Assembly: GCA_964291315.2 (NCBI GenBank)
Contig: OZ219751.1
Location: 32,001 to 96,000 of the forward strand
Source of the DNA: Candidatus Poribacteria bacterium
GTDB lineage: Bacteria > Poribacteria > WGA-4E > WGA-3G
Length of the DNA: 64,000 nt
Direction: 5' to 3'
Position 1 is the first letter of the stretch. Each line of letters starts with the position of its first letter. The notes under the pieces were generated by a model. That model worked only from the letters and a program-made list of their open reading frames with translations. It did no database searches and was not told the DNA's origin. Positions 41,841-52,257 of the stretch are shown in pieces. Both the position numbers and the translations under genes were made by a program.

Positions 41841-43559
41841 ATGAAGCATTCAGGTTCCCATTTGAAAGAAGAAGCTAACAAACCTTCCGACACAAACTTT
41901 ATTCGTCAAGAGATTGACAAAGACCTTAAACTAAACAGATATGAAGGTAGGGTCCATACCCGATTCCCGCCAGAACCGAGCGGGTACCTCCATATCGGAC
42001 ACGCCAAGGCTATCTGTATCAGCTTCGGTATTGCGGAAGATTATGATGGTCTCTACAACTTACGGTTTGATGACAGTAACCCGATCACAGAAGAAAGTGA
42101 GTACGTAGACGCGATTAGACGGGATGTCCGTTGGCTCGGGTTTGATTGGAAAGACCGGGAGTATCACGCTTCGGACTATTTTGAAACGCTCTATGAATAC
42201 GCCGTGAAACTGATAGAAAAAGGGCTTGCCTACGTCTGTAATTTGACGTTAGACGAGACTCGCGCTTATCGTGGCACCTTAGTTGAACCGGGGAAAAATA
42301 GCCCTTATCGAAACCGACCTGTTGATGAGAACTTAAAGCTGTTCCGCGGGATGCGAGAAGGTAAGTTTGCAGACGGTTTCTGCACACTTCGCGCGAAAAT
42401 TGATATGACAAGCCCAAACCTGAATATGCGTGATCCCGTGATGTACCGTATTCTCAGGACACATCACCATCGACACCAGGACAAGTGGTGTATCTATCCG
42501 ACCTACGATTTCGCTCACGGGCAGTCTGATTCGATTGAAGGCATAACACATTCTTTGTGTGATGTTCAGTTTGAAGACCATCGCCCGCTTTATGACTGGT
42601 TTTTAGAATCCTTAGAGATTTATCAGCCTCGACAAATTGAATTTGCCCGGTTAAACCTCACTTATACCGTCTTAGGCAAACGGAAACTCAAAGTTCTCGT
42701 TGAGGAGGGGCACGTCAATGGATGGGATGATCCGAGATTGCCCACGCTTTCTGGAATGCGCCGTCGTGGGTATACCCCTGAATCTATCCGAGATTTTTGC
42801 AGGCGCATCGGTGTTTCAAAAGCTGATAACCTCATTGAGATCCAGCAGCTTGAGTATTCTATTAGGAACCACTTAAATCAACATGCCCCGCGCGTCATGG
42901 CTGTTCTCAATCCGGTTAAAGTCGTTATTGACAACTATCCAGAGGGACAAGTCGAAATGCTTGATGCTGAAAATAACCCAGAGAATGAGAACGCTGGCAC
43001 ACGAGAGATCCCATTTTCGAGGGAAATTTATATTGAGCGTGAAGATTTCATGGAGGAGCCGCCTCGGAAATTTTTTAGGTTAGCTCCTGGTCGAGAGGTT
43101 CGGCTCAAGCATGCCTATTATATCCGGTGTGATTCTGTTGTGAAGGATGAGAACACCGGCGAGATTCTTGAGATTCACTGTACCTATGATCCAGAGACGC
43201 GGGGCGGCTGGTCGGAAGATGGACGCCGCGTAAGAGGTACGTTGCATTGGGTTTCTGCCGAACACGCAGCCGATGCTGAGGTCCGTCTCTACACCCCTCT
43301 CTTTACAGAACGCGAGCCGGAGAATGCAGCAGCCGATGCTGACTGGACGCAATTCCTCAACCCAAATTCTTTGCAGGTTTTGTACAACTGCAAGGTTGAA
43401 CCGGGGCTTGTTGGTGCAACGCCTGAAAGCCGATATCAATTTCTGAGAATAGGTTATTTTTGTGTTGATCCAGATACAATAACCGAGAAATTAGTATTCA
43501 ACCGCACAGTACCACTAAGAGATAGTTGGGCGAAAATTCAAAAAGGCAAAAATGAATAA
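41841..43559 (+). CDS. glnS: Glutamine--tRNA ligase
   Basis: [26 protein letters not shown] and QFLRIGYF motifs. Confidence 0.96.
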   Translation: MKHSGSHLKEEANKPSDTNFIRQEIDKDLKLNRYEGRVHTRFPPEPSGYLHIGHAKAICISFGIAEDYDGLYNLRFDDSNPITEESEYVDAIRRDVRWLGFDWKDREYHASDYFETLYEYAVKLIEKGLAYVCNLTLDETRAYRGTLVEPGKNSPYRNRPVDENLKLFRGMREGKFADGFCTLRAKIDMTSPNLNMRDPVMYRILRTHHHRHQDKWCIYPTYDFAHGQSDSIEGITHSLCDVQFEDHRPLYDWFLESLEIYQPRQIEFARLNLTYTVLGKRKLKVLVEEGHVNGWDDPRLPTLSGMRRRGYTPESIRDFCRRIGVSKADNLIEIQQLEYSIRNHLNQHAPRVMAVLNPVKVVIDNYPEGQVEMLDAENNPENENAGTREIPFSREIYIEREDFMEEPPRKFFRLAPGREVRLKHAYYIRCDSVVKDENTGEILEIHCTYDPETRGGWSEDGRRVRGTLHWVSAEHAADAEVRLYTPLFTEREPENAAADADWTQFLNPNSLQVLYNCKVEPGLVGATPESRYQFLRIGYFCVDPDTITEKLVFNRTVPLRDSWAKIQKGKNE

Positions 43560-45027
43560 TACTCTAAGCAGAACAACAGCAGCTCTTAAGAACCTAGTCC
43601 GCGTCCGGATGGCACCTTCTCCCACCGGGTACCTGCACATTGGCGGGGCCCGAACTGCTTTATTTAACTGGTTGTTTGCCAAACAACACAACGGTAAATT
43701 TATTCTCCGAATTGATGATACTGACACAGTACGTTCCACTGATGAGTCCATGCGCGAGATTTACAAAGCATTAAAGTGGTTAGGCATCGATTGGGATAAG
43801 CACTATGTCCAGTCAGAACGGAGGGAAGTCTATGAGCGATACGTCGATCAGTTACTTGAACTTGGTTGTGCATATCACTGCTATTGCACACCTAAGGAAT
43901 TAGAGGAGCTCCGTAGACAGGCTCGCGCCGATAAGCAGCCGCGTTCCTATGACGGGAGGTGCCGGCATCTGACATCGGAAGCCGTCCAACGTTTTGTTGC
44001 TGAAGGCAGAAAGCCGACTGTGCGGATAAAGATGCCTGATTCTCCTATCCGTGTGAATGACATCGTTCTGGGTTCCCGCGATATTGATCCGAGAACCCTT
44101 GAGGATGAGGTAATTGTTCGTTCAAATGGGATGCCGAACTACAATCTTACCTCAATTATCGACGATGCAGAGATGCAGATAACACACGTCATTCGTGGAA
44201 CAGAGCATCTCAACAACACACCGAAGCAGATTGCGATTGCAAATGCCCTCGGTTTAGAGGTTCCGCAGTTTGCGCACATTCCGTTGGTCTTGGATAGTAG
44301 TGGGAGAAAAATGAGCAAGCGCCATCACGGTGACCTTGTTGCCGTTAACCGCTATCGTGATCAAGGATATCTGCCTGAAGCGCTTCTGAACTTCGTTGTT
44401 CGGCTCGGTTGGTCCTATGATGACAAGCAGGAGATTTTCTCTATTGAAGAGCTTATAGAGAAATTCGACCTTTCACGGGTTGGGAAGAGTGGGAGTGTCT
44501 TTGATATTAAGAAGCTGCAGTGGCTCAGCTCCCACTATATTAATCAACTGAGTACTCCGTTACGGACAGACGCGGTGATCCCGTTCTGGCAAGCAGAAGG
44601 TTTGCTGGATTCAACAGAGGAGCGCGCCTGGTTGGAAGGTATTGTGGAAGCGGTCGGCGAGCGCCTCACAACCCTGCAAGACATTATTCCGCAGACGCGC
44701 TATTTCTTTACCGATGAGTTTGAGTACGATCCAAAAGCTGTGAAGAAATGGTGGGGGGGCTCCGTGGAAAAGCGGCAGAAAACGCGCATGACACTGAAGA
44801 ATATCGCACAAATTTTGGAAGAGCTTCCTACATACGATATAGAGACAGTTGAAGCGACTATTTGGAAATACACGGATGATCAGAACATCAAGCGCGTTGG
44901 TGTGATGCAGGCAGTGCGGGTTGCACTGACAGGAGCCTCCTTCGGACCGGGTCTCTTTGATATTGTTGTATTGCTTGGTAAAAATGAGGTCTTAAAACGG
45001 ATTTCAAAGGCGGTGGGGCATCTGTGA
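43552..45027 (+). CDS. gltX: Glutamate--tRNA ligase
   Basis: [15 protein letters not shown] zinc-site motif and KMSKR; anticodon-binding domain present; overlaps glnS by 8 nt. Confidence 0.95.
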   Translation: MNNTLSRTTAALKNLVRVRMAPSPTGYLHIGGARTALFNWLFAKQHNGKFILRIDDTDTVRSTDESMREIYKALKWLGIDWDKHYVQSERREVYERYVDQLLELGCAYHCYCTPKELEELRRQARADKQPRSYDGRCRHLTSEAVQRFVAEGRKPTVRIKMPDSPIRVNDIVLGSRDIDPRTLEDEVIVRSNGMPNYNLTSIIDDAEMQITHVIRGTEHLNNTPKQIAIANALGLEVPQFAHIPLVLDSSGRKMSKRHHGDLVAVNRYRDQGYLPEALLNFVVRLGWSYDDKQEIFSIEELIEKFDLSRVGKSGSVFDIKKLQWLSSHYINQLSTPLRTDAVIPFWQAEGLLDSTEERAWLEGIVEAVGERLTTLQDIIPQTRYFFTDEFEYDPKAVKKWWGGSVEKRQKTRMTLKNIAQILEELPTYDIETVEATIWKYTDDQNIKRVGVMQAVRVALTGASFGPGLFDIVVLLGKNEVLKRISKAVGHL

Positions 45028-45082
45028 GTTGCATGTGGATCGAGCTCTCTTTTTGATGCTGTAGTGAAAAATAGAGAAATAT

Positions 45083-45111
45083 TTGACAAACGGTATAAAA
45101 TGTGTTATATT
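45083..45111 (+). promoter_or_regulatory. sigma70-type promoter
   Basis: TTGACA-17 nt-TATATT with TG extension. Confidence 0.55.
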
Positions 45112-45124
45112 TTATTATGCGGAT

Positions 45125-45148
45125 GCACAGACTGACAGTCTATGCTAC
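45125..45148 (-). repeat. GTAG-class REP palindrome
   Basis: Minus strand GTAGCATAGACT-GTC-AGTCTGTGC: GTAG tetramer followed by an imperfect palindrome. Confidence 0.55.
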
Positions 45149-45526
45149 AAAAGAGAGGCTCTCTCACGTTAGAGCTTTTTTGAGTATTGAGGACAAGAGA
45201 TGATGGACAACCGAGTTGTTAATGTACCGAGTAAAGAGAGGAGGGTGAAGGTGTCGCGATGCAGTAGCTTTCTATCTTTTATCTGGGTATCTATTTTAAC
45301 TTCTTGTTATTACCCCCCCCTTAAAAATTATCTTTTTGTTAAATATTCGTTCTTGTTTCATTATTCTTTGTTCTGTATCCGTGCCCCGTTTTCCAAATCT
45401 ATGTTTTTGGTGCGGGTGTTTTTTTGCATGACGTTGATAGAGATCAGAGGCATCTATCGTTGAAGTGATGTCGAACAATATTAGAATTTTAAGATAAATA
45501 TCTTCCTGCTTTTAGGAGGTACAATA

Positions 45527-48226
45527 TTGAAAAGGAGATCAAAATTGCGAATAACATTTTCCATTCTATCCACACTCGTCCTGCTCATGTTTGTGAGCGT
45601 TCCGTTCGCGGCGGCAGAATGGCAAGAGAACCTGGTGACTAATAACACACTCGAAGAGATCTATGTGATCAAGAGCACATGGCAGGCAGCGAATAGCAAC
45701 AAAGGCATCCCCGCAGGGTTCTGGACGCGCGGCTCCTACCGGCTTGATCCTGGGAAGTCCAGAGTGTTCTATTCCTGGGACACTAACAGTATCTATTTCC
45801 GTATTTCAAACGCAGATGGTGCGATAAAAGCGAATAGCGGCACGACGGCTTCTGCGTTCTGGGCTCATCCGAAGCGCTCCTTCCGCGTCGTCTCACAGAC
45901 GTTCGATACCTCTGTGACAACGGATCAGCTGCTTTACTCGGATCGTCCGAACAATCAGTTGGCTCAATTGGAGGGGTTTGTCAGCTATACGGGTGGCTCC
46001 GAAGTGGTTGTCACGCAGGAGTGGGTGTTGCTAGATGGACAGCCGACTGCTCCGCCAAATGACGAACTCGGAGACGATGGGGGTCGGCCTGGTGAAGATG
46101 TTGCGCCGCCTGCGTGGGTAGCGAGTGTGATAACAAATGCCACGGAAGCCGACCTATATGTAGTCTACGCGACGTGGAAGCTGGAGAACTCGAAGAAAGG
46201 TTATCCGGAGGGGTTTCGGACGCGCGGCACGTATCGCATTCGTTCAGGGAAGGGGCGCGTATTTCATGCCTGGGCGGATAACGAGATTTATTTCCGGATT
46301 GCCAATGCTGCGGGAGCGTTAAAACCGGAGGCGAGTTCGGAGACGTTTGGGTTCTGGTTGCATCCGCGTCGTTCGTTTCGGCTGGTCTCGGATCAGGTCG
46401 CTGCGACAGTAGAGCAGTCGGGTCTGAGTTACTCGGATCGTTCGGTGTCGAAGTTAGAGCGTTCGGATGGTTTTATGGTATATGAGAGCGGTTCTGACGT
46501 GGTAGTGACTTCTGATTGGGTGCCGGTAGTTCCGGTGGATGCTGGGAATAACGGTAACGGGGATGCCGGTGATGATGGCACGCCAACGCCGCCCACGTCT
46601 CCGGTAATTCCTGCGGCACCTGCGGGCATGGTATTGATTCCGGCGGGTACATTTCAGATGGGTAACGACAATCCTGTTCGTGAATACCCGTCTTGGAGCA
46701 GGGACGATGAGATGCCTGCTCATAGCGTGTCGCTGGATGCATTTTATATGGACACACATGAGGTGACGAATGCGGAGTTCAGGCGTTTTGTGTTAGCGAA
46801 CCCGCAGTGGCAGAAGGGCAATTTTATCTCAAACGATTTTCTAAACTTACCCAAAGACACAACCCGTTATTACCTATATCATTGGGATGATGATAACAAC
46901 TATCCTGCGGGTGAGGGTGACCATCCTATTACGTATGTGAATTGGTATGCTGCGATGGCTTATGCTGCGTGGGTAGGCAAGCGTTTGCCGACTGAGGCGG
47001 AGTGGGAATATGCTGCGCGCGGCGGTTTGGCCGGTAAGCTCTACCCCTGGGGCGACACGATAGATGCCAGCCGTGCGCACTACAACATGCTGGGGCTGAA
47101 CGCGAGCCTAAAACCTACCGGGAGTTATGCGGCGAATGGATATGGTCTGTATGATATGGCCGGGAATGTCTGGGAGTGGTGTCTGGATAGATATCTGAGT
47201 GACTACTATGCAAGTTCACCTGCCCGGAATCCGTTGGCGGGTGCGCTCAGCGTTCAGGGGTTGTTAGATACTTATACAGAAGTTGATGTTGATTCTAGAC
47301 GCGTCCTTCGTGGCGGTTCCTATTGGCAGTCACGTTACTACGTAGAGGTGTCCATGCGCGGTGGCAATCCCCCGGATGTCGTGTTCAACACCATTGGTTT
47401 CCGTTGTGCGCAGTCTGTTAGTGGTGCTCCAACGTCTCCGGAGCCTCCGGAGCCTCCAACAACCTCGGTTGTTCCTGTGAACATGGCGCTGATTCCTGCG
47501 GGGACCTTCCAGATGGGCAGCACCACGGGCGATGCGGATGAAAGTCCTGTTCACACGGTATCGTTAGATGCGTTTTATATGGATACGCATGAGGTGACGA
47601 ACGCGGAATACGCTGCGTTTCTCAATGCGAAAGGCAAACACGCTGACGCTGGCAAGACTTGGTTGAATATCGCAGATGCTGACATAGGCATTGCGTTAGT
47701 AGACGGTGTGTATTGTGCGAAATCGGGGTATGCGAATCGTCCTGTTGTTAAGGTCACTTGGTATGGTGCGATGGCGTATGCTGCGTGGGCAGGTAAGCGA
47801 CTCCCGAGCGAGGCGGAGTGGGAATACGCAGCGCGCGGCGGTTTAGCAGAGCAGCTCTACCCTTGGGGTGACACGATAGACGCAACCCAGGCGAACTATG
47901 GTGGGAACACTGGCGGTCTGACAGCAGTCGGCAGTTATGCGGCGAACGGGTATGGTCTGTACGACATGACTGGGAACGTCTGGGAGTGGTGTCTGGATGG
48001 TTATAACGACAGCTTCTATGCGATTTCGCCTGTGCATAATCCGTTGTCGGGTGCTGACAGTGAGACGATAAATGACTATGTGGAGATTAGTTCTCCTCGC
48101 GTCTTGCGGGGTGGCTCATATCGGGATTCAGCATTTGATATGCGTATATCGAATCGGGGCTATAGTTATCCGATGAGTACGGGCAACGATCTCGGTTTCC
48201 GGTGTGTGAAGTCAGTTTCTCCTTAA
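45527..48226 (+). CDS. Secreted protein with two novel N-terminal repeats and two FGE-sulfatase (SUMF1/EgtB, C-type lectin fold) domains
   Basis: Signal peptide; duplicated ~140-aa domain (G.P.GF.TRG.YR, FW.HP.RSFR); two copies of F.MG, EVTN, RLP.EAEWEYAARGG, N.YGLYDM.GNVWEW, RGGS and GFRC. Confidence 0.88.
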   Translation: MKRRSKLRITFSILSTLVLLMFVSVPFAAAEWQENLVTNNTLEEIYVIKSTWQAANSNKGIPAGFWTRGSYRLDPGKSRVFYSWDTNSIYFRISNADGAIKANSGTTASAFWAHPKRSFRVVSQTFDTSVTTDQLLYSDRPNNQLAQLEGFVSYTGGSEVVVTQEWVLLDGQPTAPPNDELGDDGGRPGEDVAPPAWVASVITNATEADLYVVYATWKLENSKKGYPEGFRTRGTYRIRSGKGRVFHAWADNEIYFRIANAAGALKPEASSETFGFWLHPRRSFRLVSDQVAATVEQSGLSYSDRSVSKLERSDGFMVYESGSDVVVTSDWVPVVPVDAGNNGNGDAGDDGTPTPPTSPVIPAAPAGMVLIPAGTFQMGNDNPVREYPSWSRDDEMPAHSVSLDAFYMDTHEVTNAEFRRFVLANPQWQKGNFISNDFLNLPKDTTRYYLYHWDDDNNYPAGEGDHPITYVNWYAAMAYAAWVGKRLPTEAEWEYAARGGLAGKLYPWGDTIDASRAHYNMLGLNASLKPTGSYAANGYGLYDMAGNVWEWCLDRYLSDYYASSPARNPLAGALSVQGLLDTYTEVDVDSRRVLRGGSYWQSRYYVEVSMRGGNPPDVVFNTIGFRCAQSVSGAPTSPEPPEPPTTSVVPVNMALIPAGTFQMGSTTGDADESPVHTVSLDAFYMDTHEVTNAEYAAFLNAKGKHADAGKTWLNIADADIGIALVDGVYCAKSGYANRPVVKVTWYGAMAYAAWAGKRLPSEAEWEYAARGGLAEQLYPWGDTIDATQANYGGNTGGLTAVGSYAANGYGLYDMTGNVWEWCLDGYNDSFYAISPVHNPLSGADSETINDYVEISSPRVLRGGSYRDSAFDMRISNRGYSYPMSTGNDLGFRCVKSVSP

Positions 48227-48292
48227 CTCTTTATTGCCGCATGCCATTTATCTTGAGATAAAAAACGGCTGAAAGGCACTGAAGATACAAAC

Positions 48293-48342
48293 AAGGGCGT
48301 GATGGCTGATAGGATTTTCCTGGTGGCTATCACGCCCTTTTT
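48293..48342 (+). terminator. Rho-independent terminator
   Basis: AAGGGCGTGATGGC...GCTATCACGCCCTT stem followed by a T tract, between convergent genes. Confidence 0.65.
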
Positions 48343-48453
48343 ATGTTTTTCGGTTGTCTAAGTTTTGTGTTCAAACTTTTCAAAAGAGGTTTGGGTTTTA
48401 TTGAAGAAAAGTGCGGGACATATCGGTATTCCCTTCTTCTATCAATTTAATTT

Positions 48454-49902
48454 CTACTTCTCTGGTTCCTTGGGATAATCGATGGACCATTTACCTCTGC
48501 CGTCCGCGGAGGGTTTTTCTTTCCAGAGGTTAAGGAACTTCTCGGGTGCGCTGTGTTCTGTGAGATGTTTCATAAATAGTTGATGCATCTCCTTGACGGT
48601 TTCCATGTTATTGGCGGCGATGTTGTTCTCGGCTATCGGATCTACGGGTAAGTCAAAGAGTTCGGGGTTACCGTATTCGCCGATGGGTGCGTAGCTCCAA
48701 CGTTCCGTGACGAGGAAGGGGGTTGTTGCTTGGCGTGGCACACTTTCATTTTGGGCAGCGATATGGCATCCGGTTACGGCATACTCCCTATGCTGTCCGC
48801 CACCTTTAAGAAGTGCATCTGCGAAGGAGCGTCCCTCAAATGGCTTCGGTGGGTCTAAGTTAACTTCAGCCAATTCACAGAGCGTTGGCATAATATCCAT
48901 CGGTTGAGCGATGAGGTCGAGTCGTTGTCCGCGGGGTATTTCTGCTCCGGCGATAAGGCACATTTCGTGGTTTATCTCGGGATACGTCGGCCAGTAGCGT
49001 GAATCTTCCGGATCGATATTGGATTTTCCAGTTCTGTTGTGTTCGCCGATAGAGATTCCGTGGTCTGATAGTACAGCGAGGATGGTATTGTCCCACAACT
49101 CCAAATCCTCCACTTTTTGCAAAATCCGTCCGATATGCCGGTCAGTGAGTTCTGATTCACCTGCGTAATGTGCCCAGAGGTTATGCAACTCCGCGTCCGT
49201 AAACAGGGATGACAGACCGTAGTTCGGGTGTAGCATGGGAGGTCCGGTATAATCTGGGTCGTATCGTTTGACGAGATATTCGGGTGGGTCCCAGGGTTCA
49301 TGTGGATCGAAGAAGTCTACCCAGAGAAAGAAGGGCCCCGCCCGGTGATTCTCTTCCAACCATCGAATTGTGGTTTCGGAGGTTCTGCTGGAGAATGTCT
49401 CCGCTTCGTACTGGTAATAGCGGTTTGTCCAGCGGTGGGTGTTTGGCAGCGTTTGTCCTCTGTATGATGGATGGGGTCGTGTCTTCTCATTTGGCATAAC
49501 GATTTTTATTTCGTCATTGTGATGGAGAAGCGGTTTGTCTCCTTCTTGTCCACGATGCTGGAAAGCGGCATCGAAACAGTGCTGAAACCGTGTGTTAAAC
49601 AGATGGGGGGTGTCACAGATGAGCTGCGTCGCGTATCCCTGTTCGCTCAAAAGTTGCGCTGTGATGTTCCGACCGCTCAGGTCAATCGGCTGCCACGGAT
49701 AGTGTGGCCACCCAACTGTCCCAGTCATAATATCTGTGCGGTTTGGCACCGTCGGGAAGCTGCTCATATAAAATTTATCGATGGCGGTTGCTCGGTGTGC
49801 TTCGAATTCGTCGAGCATCGGCGTGCGGATGGGGCGTTTTGCGCGTTCGCCTAAATTGTCATACCGAAAAGTATCGGTAATCAGCAAAACAATATTTTTC
49901 AT
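48454..49902 (-). CDS. Sulfatase-family hydrolase with Thr in the nucleophile motif
   Basis: ITDTFRYD, FPTVPNRT (TxPxR), DPHEPW and SDHG motifs. Confidence 0.82.
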   Translation of the reverse strand: MKNIVLLITDTFRYDNLGERAKRPIRTPMLDEFEAHRATAIDKFYMSSFPTVPNRTDIMTGTVGWPHYPWQPIDLSGRNITAQLLSEQGYATQLICDTPHLFNTRFQHCFDAAFQHRGQEGDKPLLHHNDEIKIVMPNEKTRPHPSYRGQTLPNTHRWTNRYYQYEAETFSSRTSETTIRWLEENHRAGPFFLWVDFFDPHEPWDPPEYLVKRYDPDYTGPPMLHPNYGLSSLFTDAELHNLWAHYAGESELTDRHIGRILQKVEDLELWDNTILAVLSDHGISIGEHNRTGKSNIDPEDSRYWPTYPEINHEMCLIAGAEIPRGQRLDLIAQPMDIMPTLCELAEVNLDPPKPFEGRSFADALLKGGGQHREYAVTGCHIAAQNESVPRQATTPFLVTERWSYAPIGEYGNPELFDLPVDPIAENNIAANNMETVKEMHQLFMKHLTEHSAPEKFLNLWKEKPSADGRGKWSIDYPKEPEK

Positions 49903-49959
49903 AATTTGATAATCAACCTCATTAAGATTGTTGGTTATGCAATTGTTAGTTAGGGGTTT

Positions 49960-50883
49960 TCAGACTTCTTGGTGCGTTGTTTTTAGCAAAAATAGTGTCA
50001 TCAATAGCAGTGGCAAAATGACAGCGGTGGAAACGGTGATAGACACCTGTGTGCCGATGAGACAGGGAAAGAAGAAGATTGAGCCTATCATTGAGCCTTT
50101 CAGAGCGAAGTATCCATTTTTCTCATTTGGTTCGAGATAGAGTGAGACTCGGGTGCTGACAGTGGTAATGATGCCTAGCAGGACCCAAACGATATAGGAT
50201 TTTTGAAGGTCCGGTTCTAACCAATACGGCAAGAAAGCAATAACGAAAGCTAGAACCGTAACAGCAGCGGACAGCAAAAGCGCTGGTCGGATACCAATCT
50301 GGATTGGTGTTGTTAAGATGCCAAGCTGCTTGTCCCGTGAAATGTCTTTGAAGGTTGTGGTAATGTGTGTACCTAAGTCGTAGAGCGTTATAGCCCCAAA
50401 AGCGTACCAGACTAAACGTGGCACTGTACCACTCACCGCTAAGGCCCCGAAAATACTCAGAAGCCCGATGCCCAACGGTAGTGTGAGACTACCCAAGATG
50501 CCCTTCGCTTTAAAAATAGCATTGTAGAGATGCGAAATAGCAACCAAGCCCATTACCAACAGCCCTGTTTTAATATTAAGCCAAAAACCCCCAATTACAC
50601 ACAGTCCGTAAATAACACTTGCCGGTATAAGTGCCTGTCGTAGTGTGAGTCGTTGCGATGGTAGTGGACGCTCTGGATTTGTCTGCCGGTCCGTTTCGTG
50701 ATGAAAGTAGTCATTCTTTATCATTCCGGCGAAGTAACCACACAGTGCGATCAACAGTGCTGCGGTAGCGCGCCATGTCCAATTTCCGTCACTTGCAATC
50801 AGTATACCGGGGAGTGTCGCGACAATCGGAACCGCAAAAAGCGGATAGCGAATGAGCTCTAAGTAGGCTTTAAAGCTATTCAT
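49960..50883 (-). CDS. UbiA-family prenyltransferase
   Basis: NDYFHHETD..NPERPLPS, YN...K and KDISRD...G..T motifs; multiple TMs. Confidence 0.82.
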   Translation of the reverse strand: MNSFKAYLELIRYPLFAVPIVATLPGILIASDGNWTWRATAALLIALCGYFAGMIKNDYFHHETDRQTNPERPLPSQRLTLRQALIPASVIYGLCVIGGFWLNIKTGLLVMGLVAISHLYNAIFKAKGILGSLTLPLGIGLLSIFGALAVSGTVPRLVWYAFGAITLYDLGTHITTTFKDISRDKQLGILTTPIQIGIRPALLLSAAVTVLAFVIAFLPYWLEPDLQKSYIVWVLLGIITTVSTRVSLYLEPNEKNGYFALKGSMIGSIFFFPCLIGTQVSITVSTAVILPLLLMTLFLLKTTHQEV

Positions 50884-50898
50884 TCCGTTAATTTCCTA

Positions 50899-52005
50899 CT
50901 AAAAATTTTCTCGCTGCACACCGGCTTCTGTTACTGGCGAGGTTCTCGGATTAAACGCTTCGTCTACACCGTAAAATTGATCGCCTTGTGTTCCGACACC
51001 GAGTTCCGTTACATTAGGGCCGACCTGTTTATTCCCTTGAATAAAGTTGTCTCGCAGCCTGCCACCATCGTAGACTGCCCAACCGACATTCAGCGTAATA
51101 TTGTTGGAGACTATCTCTGGTGAGGCGGTAGAGTAACAGACAATAGCATTCTCGTAATTCGCGCGAAGAATGTTATATTGGATACGCGGGCGAGAGTCAC
51201 CTTCACATATAATACCGTAATTGTTGGCAGTGAATTCGTTGTACTCTACATCTGGTGATGAATCCCCCCGAAATTGTGAACCTGTGCCATTTTTATTAAA
51301 TTCGTTGTTGGTAATAGTAGGACTCGTGTTATCAGACAGAACTCCTGTTTTATTTTCACTGATGAGGCACCTCTCAATCTGCACAGAGTCTGTTCGGCAC
51401 GTGATGCCGATAGTTGCATGCTGGATACGACAGTATGTTAGGCGACTATTCGGGCTTTCGGTTTCAATCTGGATCCCCGCCCAGTCTCCTGCTCTTGGTG
51501 GATCAGCGGAGATGGGTTTCTGCTGCGTTCTTGCACCCCTCGTCCCTTCTTCCATCCCCATCGCGGTCGCTGGAATTGTCTCTGCTGTTGACTCTTGTTG
51601 ACGTTTTTGCTGTCTTCCTAAAGACCCGAAAACGACCATCCGCTCTGGCGATCCTTCGGCGTAAAGTTCCCCATGCACGATAAGTTGGATAGGCGTATCT
51701 ACCGGCTCAAAACCGACGATTGTCCCGGCACGGATAGTCAGTGTGACACCTTTCGGAACAACAACGGTGTCGCTAATGTAAATACGGCCATCCCATATCT
51801 CATTCTCTATCAATTTACCCGACTTCTCTACTATTTCTGAACTAGAACTGCCAACATCGAGATTAAAGGTCTCACTTTGGCAGCCAGAATAGAAACCTAT
51901 TAGCATACAGATAAGCGGAATAAGGAGGCTATAGGGTACCGTTTGCAAATTCAGATTGCATAGTGCAAGTTTCCGATAGCGTTGTGTGACGGTTTTTATT
52001 TTCAT
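50899..52005 (-). CDS. Right-handed parallel beta-helix lipoprotein
   Basis: Lipobox YSG-C, GVTLTIRAGT, GDWAGI and repeated 'P.I..N.F..N..G' coils. Confidence 0.75.
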   Translation of the reverse strand: MKIKTVTQRYRKLALCNLNLQTVPYSLLIPLICMLIGFYSGCQSETFNLDVGSSSSEIVEKSGKLIENEIWDGRIYISDTVVVPKGVTLTIRAGTIVGFEPVDTPIQLIVHGELYAEGSPERMVVFGSLGRQQKRQQESTAETIPATAMGMEEGTRGARTQQKPISADPPRAGDWAGIQIETESPNSRLTYCRIQHATIGITCRTDSVQIERCLISENKTGVLSDNTSPTITNNEFNKNGTGSQFRGDSSPDVEYNEFTANNYGIICEGDSRPRIQYNILRANYENAIVCYSTASPEIVSNNITLNVGWAVYDGGRLRDNFIQGNKQVGPNVTELGVGTQGDQFYGVDEAFNPRTSPVTEAGVQRENF

Positions 52006-52053
52006 ACTCTATTTTTAGCATAGACAACGATTTCTGTCAAGTCAAAAAAAAGT

Positions 52054-52082
52054 TTGACATCAGTGGTTAAATTTGCTATAAT
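52054..52082 (+). promoter_or_regulatory. Consensus sigma70 promoter for the ffh operon
   Basis: TTGACA-17 nt-TATAAT with TG extension. Confidence 0.75.
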
Positions 52083-52257
52083 TGTATAATCAAAAATCAG
52101 TATGTGGTGCGTGCCTTTGCAATCACAATTATACTCAGCAGGTAGGTGTGCTTTCATAATGTTTCAAAACAAATTGATAGTTGTACACTACACGTAAGAC
52201 ACTAATCGTGAGCCATAACCACTGTTCGCACCTGATAAGAACAAGGACGCGTCAATC

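Noticed and set aside
45527-48400. Complete diversity-generating retroelement
   Set aside because: No reverse transcriptase, Avd or non-coding template repeat in the window; the two candidate variable regions differ at all base types
52083-52257. SRP RNA or structured leader before ffh
   Set aside because: No SRP helix-8 GGAA/AGCAG motif or strong stems visible
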